A stretch of 64,000 bases of DNA from Anaerolineae bacterium (GTDB lineage: Bacteria; Chloroflexota; Anaerolineae; B4-G1; SLSP01), in assembly GCA_026645815.1 (NCBI GenBank), contig JAPKMR010000007.1, positions 25,317-89,316 on the forward strand. The letters run 5' to 3'. Every line of letters starts with the position of its first letter. Positions within the stretch are counted from its first letter, which is position 1. A model generated the notes under the pieces. That model was given only the letters and a program-made list of their open reading frames with translations. It had not been told where the DNA came from and ran no database searches. Made by a program: the position numbers and the translations under genes. Positions 42,081 through 49,763 of the stretch are shown in pieces.

Positions 42081-44741
42081 GTGGCTAAGACAACACGTGA
42101 AATAGATTACGAAAATGATCCGCCGCGTATTGGCGTCTATGTATGCCATTGCGGGTCCAATATTGCCAGCGTCATAACGCCTGCGGAGGTCGTGGACTAC
42201 GCTAAGAACCTGCCCGGTGTGGTAGTTGCTAAGGAACATCGTTATGCCTGCTCTGATCCGGGACAGAGTATGATTCAGCAAGATATCAAAGAATACGGTT
42301 TGAATCGTGTGGTAGTGGCTGCGTGTAGTGTTGCCATGCACGAACCGACCTTCAAAGCGTGTATCGCCGATGCGGGGCTCAATCCCTTCATGTTCCAGAT
42401 GGCAAATATCCGCGAGCACTCCTCGTGGGTGCATTCCCATGAGAAGGCAGCTGCTACCGAAAAGGCCAAGGAACTTGTCGCATCGGCGGTGGCCAAGGTA
42501 ACTTATGTGCACCCACTGGAGATGTTTGAGGTGCCGGTGACGCGCCGCGCATTGATTATTGGGGGTGGCATTGCCGGTATCAGTGCGGCGCTTGATTTGG
42601 CAGATATGAATATTGAGACCTATTTGGTGGAGAAAACGCCCACCATCGGCGGGCGGATGGCGCAGCTGGACAAGACTTTCCCCACCATGGACTGCTCTAT
42701 CTGCATTGAAGCGCCGAAGATGGTAGATGTGGGCAAGAATCGCAACATTCATATCCTGAGCTATTCTGAAGTTAAGGAAGTCAATGGCTATATCGGCAAC
42801 TTCACGGTGAAGATCGAACGCAAGCCACGTTATGTATTAGAAAGCAAGTGTACCGGCTGCGGCCTTTGTGCTGAAGTTTGTCCCATTGATGTGCCCAATG
42901 TTTTCGAGGAGGGCTTGGGTCCCCGCAAAGCCATCTACGTGCCCATGGCGCAGGCAGTGCCTTCGATTTACACCATTGACATGGATGCCTGCATCAAGTG
43001 TTTTAAGTGTGTGGATGCCTGTGGCGCGCTCAGTGCCATTGACTTCGCGCAACAACCGGAGATTGTCGAGCTTGAGATCGGCGCCATTATCGTTGCTACG
43101 GGTTACGATACGTGGGACCCCTCGGAAATCGAGGAATATGGTTTTGGCGTTTATGAGAACGTGACGACGATGATGGAGATTGAGCGGTTGCACTGCGCGG
43201 GAGGTCCAACGGTGGGTGAATTTGTACGCCCATCCGATGGCAAAGTGCCCAAGAATCTGGCACTGATCCAGTGCGTGGGTTCGCGAGACAAGCGTTATCA
43301 CGAATACTGTTCCGGCTTCTGCTGCATGTACACAATCAAGAACGCGATGCTGCTCAAGTGGCTTTATCCGGAGATGGACATCACTATTTTCCGTATTGAT
43401 ATCCGCACACCCGGAAAAACCTATGAGGAATTCTACGAGCGCGCACGGGAAGCGGGTATTCACTTCATTCAGGGGCGCCCTTCGGAGATTGTGCAGGATC
43501 CGATCACCAAGAATTTAATTGTCCATGCTGAGAACATTGCCACCGGGCGCCATGTGGCGCTTGAAGTAGAGATGGTGGGGTTGGCAAACGCTGCCGTTCC
43601 TTCGGAAGGCTCTTTTGATTTAGGTCGCGTTTTGACGGTGCCGAACGATACCCACGGTTGGTTCATGGAATCCCATCCCAAGCTGAAGCCGCTGGATACG
43701 CCCACCGAGGGCATCTATCTGGCGGGTTCGACGCAGGGTCCCAAGGACATCCCCCAGAGTGTGAGCCAGGGTAGTGGTGCGGCGGGACGTGCCTCACGGG
43801 TGCTGAATGCGGCGACATGGGAGATTGATCCCATCATTGCCTATGTGGACCCCGAGCGCTGCATCAATTCCCGCGGTGGCAAGTGCGACATTTGTTATCG
43901 CGCTTGCCCTTATGGTGCAGTCATCAACCTGCCAGGAACGGGGCAACCTTCGAGTATCATCCCGGCGAAATGCCATGGTTGTGGCACGTGTGTTGCAGAG
44001 TGTCCCCAGAACGCGATTTCACAGCACCACTTCACCGATGGACAGATTGTGGCGCAATTGCATGCGTTGTTGGCGGAAAAACCGGAGGAGAAGGTGATTG
44101 CCTTCACCTGCCGCTGGTGCAGCGGCATGGGCGCCGATAACGCCGGAACGAGCCACTTTGAGTATCCTGCGAACACGCGGAATATTCTGGTTATGTGCGC
44201 CGGGCGTGTGGATGCGGACTTCGTCATGGAGGCGTTCCGGCTTGGAGCCGGCGCGGTGCTGGTTTCAGGTTGTCACCCACAGGACTGCCACTACATTTCC
44301 GGACGTAACTTTGCCGAGACCCGCATTACGCGGCTCTTTGGGCAGTTGGAAAAACTGGGCATCTCACCAGGGCGCTTTCGTTTGGACTCGGTCTCGGCTA
44401 CAGAGGGTGCCAAGTGGGCGCGCATCATGCGTGAGATGAGCACTGTGATCCAGGAGTTGGGACCGGAAGGGGTACGTGCAGAAAATGAGAAGGCCCTGCC
44501 TCAACTCACCAAGCGTTTGGCGCGGATGCGCGAGGTGCCTGAGGTAGGCTACTTCATGCGCCTCGTTGAAGGCGCGCCGCTCAAAGACGCTGAAACTGGG
44601 GTGCAACAAGCGCGTGATAAGGGATTGAGCCAGACAGTGGCGGTGACAGAATGCCAGCTGCCAGAGGTGACTGCTTGTGATGCCTGTCAACTTGCCGCAG
44701 CCTGCGCACCCGAAACAAAACAGGCGAAAGGAGGCAAGTGA
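42081..44741 (+). CDS. hdrA: Heterodisulfide reductase subunit A fused to an MvhD [2Fe-2S] domain
   Basis: RIGVYVCHCGSNI, ANIREH, GGGIAG, QLDKTFPTMDCSIC, QCVGSRD, CSGFCC, HPKLKP; C-terminal MvhD (AFTCRWC, VMCAGRV, GCHPQDCHY). Confidence 0.95.
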   Translation: MAKTTREIDYENDPPRIGVYVCHCGSNIASVITPAEVVDYAKNLPGVVVAKEHRYACSDPGQSMIQQDIKEYGLNRVVVAACSVAMHEPTFKACIADAGLNPFMFQMANIREHSSWVHSHEKAAATEKAKELVASAVAKVTYVHPLEMFEVPVTRRALIIGGGIAGISAALDLADMNIETYLVEKTPTIGGRMAQLDKTFPTMDCSICIEAPKMVDVGKNRNIHILSYSEVKEVNGYIGNFTVKIERKPRYVLESKCTGCGLCAEVCPIDVPNVFEEGLGPRKAIYVPMAQAVPSIYTIDMDACIKCFKCVDACGALSAIDFAQQPEIVELEIGAIIVATGYDTWDPSEIEEYGFGVYENVTTMMEIERLHCAGGPTVGEFVRPSDGKVPKNLALIQCVGSRDKRYHEYCSGFCCMYTIKNAMLLKWLYPEMDITIFRIDIRTPGKTYEEFYERAREAGIHFIQGRPSEIVQDPITKNLIVHAENIATGRHVALEVEMVGLANAAVPSEGSFDLGRVLTVPNDTHGWFMESHPKLKPLDTPTEGIYLAGSTQGPKDIPQSVSQGSGAAGRASRVLNAATWEIDPIIAYVDPERCINSRGGKCDICYRACPYGAVINLPGTGQPSSIIPAKCHGCGTCVAECPQNAISQHHFTDGQIVAQLHALLAEKPEEKVIAFTCRWCSGMGADNAGTSHFEYPANTRNILVMCAGRVDADFVMEAFRLGAGAVLVSGCHPQDCHYISGRNFAETRITRLFGQLEKLGISPGRFRLDSVSATEGAKWARIMREMSTVIQELGPEGVRAENEKALPQLTKRLARMREVPEVGYFMRLVEGAPLKDAETGVQQARDKGLSQTVAVTECQLPEVTACDACQLAAACAPETKQAKGGK

Positions 44742-45418
44742 TGGCAAACGTACTGAATCCCTTCGTCGTTGAACTATCGGGACGGCGTGGCGGGGATAAG
44801 GTGCTGCAATGTTATCAGTGCGGTACTTGCTCGGGTTCCTGCCCGGTGATTGATGAGATGGAATACGGTCCGCGCCGCATCTTGAACATGATTCAGATGG
44901 GAGAAGAAGCGCGCGTACTTTCCAGCCACGATATGTGGTTCTGTGTCTCATGTTATTCCTGTGCAAGCCGTTGCCCTCGTGAGATTCCTATCACCGAGCT
45001 AATGGCGACGTTGCGTGAGATGGCGGTAGAGAAAGGCTATGCTGAGGACCTTGAGGCTGAGTTTGGGCAATCGTTTGCCGAGACCTTCAAGCATTATGGG
45101 CGGCTTTTTGAGCCGGAATTGATGATTCGTTACTACCTGCGCACCTTTGATATCAAGGGATTGTTGGGGATGATTCCCCTGGCGTTGCCGATGGTGTTGA
45201 AAGACAAACTGCCTTTCTTCCCCGAGCGGGTGAAGGAGCCTGCGCACATGACGGCGCTTTGCCCCGAGCCACATGATGCGCCACCAAAGGCGGCAACGCG
45301 CCGGAAACCGCGCTGGTTGCCCTGGTTGGCGAGCGGCGTAACCCTGCTTCTGGCTGCGGGCATGAGCAGCGTCTTTTGGCGTTCTACGTCGCGACGCTCA
45401 AAGGAGGCTCGGCGATGA
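44738..45418 (+). CDS. hdrC: Heterodisulfide reductase subunit C with a C-terminal hydrophobic helix
   Basis: CYQCGTCSGSCP and WFCVSCYSCASRCP; tail WLPWLASGVTLLLAAGMSSVFW. Confidence 0.9.
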   Translation: MMANVLNPFVVELSGRRGGDKVLQCYQCGTCSGSCPVIDEMEYGPRRILNMIQMGEEARVLSSHDMWFCVSCYSCASRCPREIPITELMATLREMAVEKGYAEDLEAEFGQSFAETFKHYGRLFEPELMIRYYLRTFDIKGLLGMIPLALPMVLKDKLPFFPERVKEPAHMTALCPEPHDAPPKAATRRKPRWLPWLASGVTLLLAAGMSSVFWRSTSRRSKEARR

Positions 45419-46263
45419 AATACGGTTATTATCCCGGATGTAGTTTGCTTTCCAGCGCCAAGGAATACGATGCCTCATTGCGGTTGAGCTTTGCAGAACT
45501 GGGCATTGAGTTAGTGGAGTTGGAAGATTGGAATTGCTGTGGTGCGGTGCATGGCGAGGGAAAGGGCGTGATTGCGCTTCCGGCGCGTAACCTGGCGCTG
45601 GCAGAGGTTCAGGGCTTGGATACCATTATCGCACCATGCAGCGGGTGCTATCGCAACCTGCGCCGAGCGAGTCAGGCAGTCGAGAAAGATAAGGCAACGC
45701 GCCAGATGGTCAACGAGAGCCTGGCTGAAGGATTGCAGCTCAAGGGAAATATCCGGGTGTTGCACCCGCTCTATGTGCTGTTGCAGGAGTATGGCCTGGA
45801 GCAGGTTAAGCAGCGGGTTACACACCCGCTTAAAGGGATGAAAGTAGCAGCTTATTACGGCTGTATGCTAACCCGTCCCAAGGATGAATTCGACAGCACT
45901 GAGCGCCCGCAGGGATTGGACGATTTCCTTGATGTTCTAGGAGCGGAACCCGTAGATTATCCTTTCAAGGCTAAGTGTTGTGGTGGGGCATTGGCAATCT
46001 CACACAGCGGAGTGACTGCGAAGCTCACCGGGAAGGTGCTTGATTCGGCGAAGACAGCTGGCGCAGATGCTGTGACCCTGGCATGTCCCATGTGTCATAC
46101 AGCTCTGGACCTCTATCAGAGCAAAGCTGAGGCCGCTGTGGGTCACGATTTGGATTTGCCGGTGTTGTACTTCACCCAGCTGTTGGGCCTGGCTCTGGGG
46201 ATAGAAGCGTCTCGGCTGGGTTTCAAACGCCATATTGTCTCTCCGGCGCGGCTTGGGTTATAA
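45415..46263 (+). CDS. hdrB: Heterodisulfide reductase subunit B (two CCG domains)
   Basis: YYPGCS, WNCCGA, PCSGC, YYGC, CCGG, ACPMC, LPVLYFTQL. Confidence 0.93.
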   Translation: MKYGYYPGCSLLSSAKEYDASLRLSFAELGIELVELEDWNCCGAVHGEGKGVIALPARNLALAEVQGLDTIIAPCSGCYRNLRRASQAVEKDKATRQMVNESLAEGLQLKGNIRVLHPLYVLLQEYGLEQVKQRVTHPLKGMKVAAYYGCMLTRPKDEFDSTERPQGLDDFLDVLGAEPVDYPFKAKCCGGALAISHSGVTAKLTGKVLDSAKTAGADAVTLACPMCHTALDLYQSKAEAAVGHDLDLPVLYFTQLLGLALGIEASRLGFKRHIVSPARLGL

Positions 46264-46274
46264 GGAGCTCTACA

Positions 46275-47237
46275 ATGCGACGTGGTGCTACAGTAAAAAC
46301 CAAAACAGAGCAAAAGATTGTCCTCGACCGCAAGATGGTCACCTTGCATCATACGCAGACCTGGGACCTTGAACGCTGCGTGGGTTGCCAGATTGGTCCC
46401 CTCGTCTGTCCCAAGGATGCGATCAGCCATGTGCCGGCAGTCTTGGAAAATGGGCGGTTGAAGCAAAAGGCTTCGGTGGATATTGATCCCGAGAAATGCG
46501 TTTTTTGTGGCATGTGCAGTGTCATGTGCCCGACAAATGCTATCACTATGGTGGTTAATGGCAAAGAGGAAGCCCCAGTGCAAAAGTACGAAGCCTTCCC
46601 TTTGTTGATCGAATCCAACAAGTTCAATCGTGATGCTTTCGATATGAGCCGCAAGGATTTCGTGATTGAGAACTGTCCCACAGATGTGATCAGCTACGAT
46701 GCAAAGGCGGATACACTAAAAGTGGATCAGAAGTATTGCATCCGCTGCCGGCAATGTGAGGTCGCGAGCGATGGCGCATTCACGGTGGTGCAGCCATGGC
46801 AAGGTAGTGTGACTCTGCGGCGCGAGTTGTGTGTGGAGGGGTGTCTTGCCTGCGCCGATATCTGTCCCACGCGCGCGCTACACATTGACGAGAATGGGGA
46901 CCTGGCATTGGCGGATTATTACTGCATTAAGTGCGGCGCCTGTATGCAGGTTTGCCCAATAAAGGCTGCAGTCGAGCCTTATGAGGTGCCTTTTGAGTAC
47001 GCCGGTACAACGTATACTCGCCAGCATGAGCGCATCACCAATCTTGATGAATTGCCCATCGTGGTAGAACGCTGGCGTGTTGGTCATACGGAAGTTCAGA
47101 GCGGTTCCTGGGTCGCGGCGTTGATTCGCCTGGCAGATGATAAGGCTGGCGCGACGGAGATTGATCGAAAACGCGCGCTCAAGCGACGGGATTTGCTCAC
47201 TGCACTTAAGGGTGGGCGTTCACTGCTAGATAAGTGA
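46275..47237 (+). CDS. Polyferredoxin, FwdF/FmdF-like
   Basis: Six ferredoxin-type motifs (three degenerate); linkers ITMVVNGK...FP, VVQPWQG and terminal VER...SW..AL..L recall archaeal FwdF. Confidence 0.7.
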   Translation: MRRGATVKTKTEQKIVLDRKMVTLHHTQTWDLERCVGCQIGPLVCPKDAISHVPAVLENGRLKQKASVDIDPEKCVFCGMCSVMCPTNAITMVVNGKEEAPVQKYEAFPLLIESNKFNRDAFDMSRKDFVIENCPTDVISYDAKADTLKVDQKYCIRCRQCEVASDGAFTVVQPWQGSVTLRRELCVEGCLACADICPTRALHIDENGDLALADYYCIKCGACMQVCPIKAAVEPYEVPFEYAGTTYTRQHERITNLDELPIVVERWRVGHTEVQSGSWVAALIRLADDKAGATEIDRKRALKRRDLLTALKGGRSLLDK

Positions 47238-47267
47238 GCCTTGTGGTTGGCTTAGAGTGACTTTCTG

Positions 47268-47303
47268 ATTTTTCGCGGCGGGGTTTTACCCGCCGCGAAA
47301 AAT
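47268..47303. terminator. Strong hairpin ending the aor-hdr operon
   Basis: ATTTTTCGCGGCGGG-GTTTTA-CCCGCCGCGAAAAAT. Confidence 0.7.
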
Positions 47304-47358
47304 TGTTTCTTTCCGACGATTACCCCTGGCATGATATGTATCCGCGCGGGATTCTCAT

Positions 47359-47387
47359 TTGTCCTTCCACCTAAACAGCTCTATAAT
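47359..47387 (+). promoter_or_regulatory. Probable leaderless promoter for nuoA
   Basis: TTGTCC-17 bp-TATAAT, then 7 bp to the ATG at 47395; no Shine-Dalgarno. Confidence 0.55.
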
Positions 47388-47394
47388 CCGCCTT

Positions 47395-47751
47395 ATGTCT
47401 GACCAATATGGTTTTGTAGTGATTTTTTTCTTACTAACGGCAGCTTTTGCTGTTGCGCCAGTGGCGCTGGCGTGGATTCTCAGCCCCAAGAAATCCAGCT
47501 CGCGCAAGCGCGAGACTTATGAGAGCGGTCTTCGCACCTTTGGTAAAACCTGGATCGAGTTCAAACCCCAGTATTATCTTTATGCGCTGGCGTATGTGGT
47601 TTTTGGGGTGGAGGCAGTGTTGTTGCTGCCCTGGGCTGTTGCCTATGCTTTTTTGCCCTTTTATGCTGTGGCTGAAGCCACCCTGTTTCTATTGCTTCTG
47701 GGTTTTGGCCTGGTATACGTCTGGAAGAAGGGTTGGCTTCACTGGATGTAA
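47395..47751 (+). CDS. nuoA: Complex I-like subunit A
   Basis: Three TMs, K.ETYESG, YYLYAL..VVF.VE...L.PWA, WKKGWL.W. Confidence 0.9.
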   Translation: MSDQYGFVVIFFLLTAAFAVAPVALAWILSPKKSSSRKRETYESGLRTFGKTWIEFKPQYYLYALAYVVFGVEAVLLLPWAVAYAFLPFYAVAEATLFLLLLGFGLVYVWKKGWLHWM

Positions 47752-47789
47752 CCTGACTGTGCGGCAGAAGCTGCGAGAATTATCGGTTA

Positions 47790-48923
47790 ATGACCATGCC
47801 TATCTATCTCCGTTATGCCCTGAATAGCCTGATCCTGTTGGCAACCCCGTTTGTCTCGGTGCTGATCCTTATTTGGGTGGCTCGCAAGGTCATTGCGCGG
47901 ATGCAGGACCGTCTGGGCCCCAACAACTCGGGGACTTGGGCCGGTCCGTATGCTTTATTCCAGACGCTCGCGGACGCTATCAAGATTCTCACCAAGGAGT
48001 TGATCATTCCTGAAGGTGCAGACCTGTGGGTCTTTTTGGCAGCGCCAATGGTGGTTTTGGGTTCGGCGCTGCTGGTGTGGTTGGTCATTCCCTTCAGCCC
48101 CACTTTGCAGGGAATGGATCCCGATGTTGGCATTTTCTATGTGGTTGTGATCACGCCGTTTGCGCTTTTTGCCATGATTATGGCTGGATGGAGTTCCCGC
48201 AACAAATATGCGGCTTTGGGAACTTTCCGGGCGGTGGCGCAAATTATCAGTTATGAGATTCCTCAATTCCTCTCGTTGCTAATTCCGATTATGCTCACCG
48301 GGTCGCTCTCATTGCAGCATCTAGTCCTGGCGCAACAATTGCCATTTGCATTAGTGCTGCCCATTCCCGCATTGATTTATTTCCTGGCGATGACAGCAGA
48401 AGTGGGGCGGTTGCCGTTCGAGCAGGCAGAGGCGGATGCGGAGATTGTTGCCGGTTACTTTACTGAGTATAGCGGGATGATGTTCGGGTCTTTCTATCTG
48501 GCGGAATTTATCAACAACTTCTCGGTCTCCTTGATTTTCGCGACAATCTTCCTTGGCGGTTGGCGCGGTCCTTGGGTGATGGACATCCCTATTTTGGGAC
48601 CGGTCTGGCTATTGCTAAAGGGATTTTTGGTTTTCCTGGTGTTGATGTTGTTTTGGGGGGCCATGCCACGGCTCCGCATTGATCAGATTCTGAATATCAA
48701 TTGGAAATTCCTGACTCCCCTGGCGCTGGTGATGCTCATTGTGGTGGCATGGGTCAACCGGCTTGCCTTCGACCAGGGCGCCACAACCCTCGTGGCGCGG
48801 GCACCCTGGTTATTTGCGGCAAACCTTGTTGTCGGATTAATAACCATTGGCTTACTGAAGTTGAGTTCGCGGCGCGCGCAGCTCCGTAGGGACGCACAGA
48901 GTTTTGAGCTGCTTCGTGAGTGA
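47790..48923 (+). CDS. nuoH: Complex I-like subunit H
   Basis: RMQDRLGPN, ADAIKILTKE, AQIISYE, RLPF...EA..E.VAGYFTEYSG, PRLRIDQ. Confidence 0.93.
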   Translation: MTMPIYLRYALNSLILLATPFVSVLILIWVARKVIARMQDRLGPNNSGTWAGPYALFQTLADAIKILTKELIIPEGADLWVFLAAPMVVLGSALLVWLVIPFSPTLQGMDPDVGIFYVVVITPFALFAMIMAGWSSRNKYAALGTFRAVAQIISYEIPQFLSLLIPIMLTGSLSLQHLVLAQQLPFALVLPIPALIYFLAMTAEVGRLPFEQAEADAEIVAGYFTEYSGMMFGSFYLAEFINNFSVSLIFATIFLGGWRGPWVMDIPILGPVWLLLKGFLVFLVLMLFWGAMPRLRIDQILNINWKFLTPLALVMLIVVAWVNRLAFDQGATTLVARAPWLFAANLVVGLITIGLLKLSSRRAQLRRDAQSFELLRE

Positions 48924-48930
48924 TGCGGTC

Positions 48931-49449
48931 ATGAGGTTTGATGTGAGCTTTGGATTTGAGCAAATTGCCTTTCTACTTACGGCGGTAGTGACGTTGGCTG
49001 CTGCACTGGCGATGGTGTTCTCGCGCCAGGTCTTCCATGCGATATTGCTGATGATTGCGGTTTTCGTCGGGGTGGCGACGCTTTATGTTTTGTTGGGCGT
49101 CTCTTTCATGGCGGGAATGCAGTTATTCATCTACGTAGGAGGCGTGTCGGTATTGGCGGTTATCGCCATTATGGTGACCCGTGGCTTTATGGGGAGTGAC
49201 CGCCCGCGGCCCGCTCGCACTACCTATGGGGCTGCTATCGTTGCCGGGAGTGTTTTCATCGGCTTGGCCTGGCTGATTCTGCGCGTGCCCTGGCCTGCGG
49301 TTCCGCTCGTGGCTGCTTCGGCGAATGATCTTGCACTTTTGGGACAGGTGCTGGTATCTCGAGCCGGATTTGTAGTCCCCTTTGAATTATCCTCGCTATT
49401 GCTTTTTGTTGTGTTGTTGGGGGCGCTTTACATTGCCCGGGAGCGTTGA
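48931..49449 (+). CDS. nuoJ: Complex I-like subunit J
   Basis: QLFIYVGGVSVL, VPFELSSLLL; start codon uncertain (48904/48931/48943). Confidence 0.88.
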   Translation: MRFDVSFGFEQIAFLLTAVVTLAAALAMVFSRQVFHAILLMIAVFVGVATLYVLLGVSFMAGMQLFIYVGGVSVLAVIAIMVTRGFMGSDRPRPARTTYGAAIVAGSVFIGLAWLILRVPWPAVPLVAASANDLALLGQVLVSRAGFVVPFELSSLLLFVVLLGALYIARER

Positions 49450-49450
49450 A

Positions 49451-49759
49451 ATGGTGCCTCTTTCGTGGTACTTACTTTTAGCTGCTGCATTATTCTCTAT
49501 TGGCCTGTATGGCATTCTGGCACGGCGTAATCTGGTGATGATTCTGATGTCTCTGGAGCTGCTTTTGAATGCCGTCAACATCAACCTGATTGCCTTCTCG
49601 CGATATCTGGAGGAGGGGCAGATAGTCGGACGTGTTTTTGCGTTGTTTGTTTATGTGGTTGCTGCCGCCGAGACTGCTCTGGGGCTTGCGATTATGATTG
49701 CTGTCTGGCGCACGCACCAAACTGTTGCTGTAGACGAAATTGATGCATTGAAGGGTTAA
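49451..49759 (+). CDS. nuoK: Complex I-like subunit K
   Basis: RRNLVMILMSLELLLNA, VAAAETALGLAI. Confidence 0.93.
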   Translation: MVPLSWYLLLAAALFSIGLYGILARRNLVMILMSLELLLNAVNINLIAFSRYLEEGQIVGRVFALFVYVVAAAETALGLAIMIAVWRTHQTVAVDEIDALKG

Positions 49760-49763
49760 CTTG

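Noticed and set aside
42081-46263. Possible selenocysteine recoding in HdrA/MvhD/HdrB
   Set aside because: The usual Sec positions are Cys (DCSIC, CRWC, CHY) and there are no in-frame TGA breaks
42081-47237. Methanogenesis or archaeal contamination inferred from hdr and fwdF-like genes
   Set aside because: Context is bacterial (murE, murI, sigma70 promoters, F-type ATPase), and no mcr or fwd catalytic genes are present
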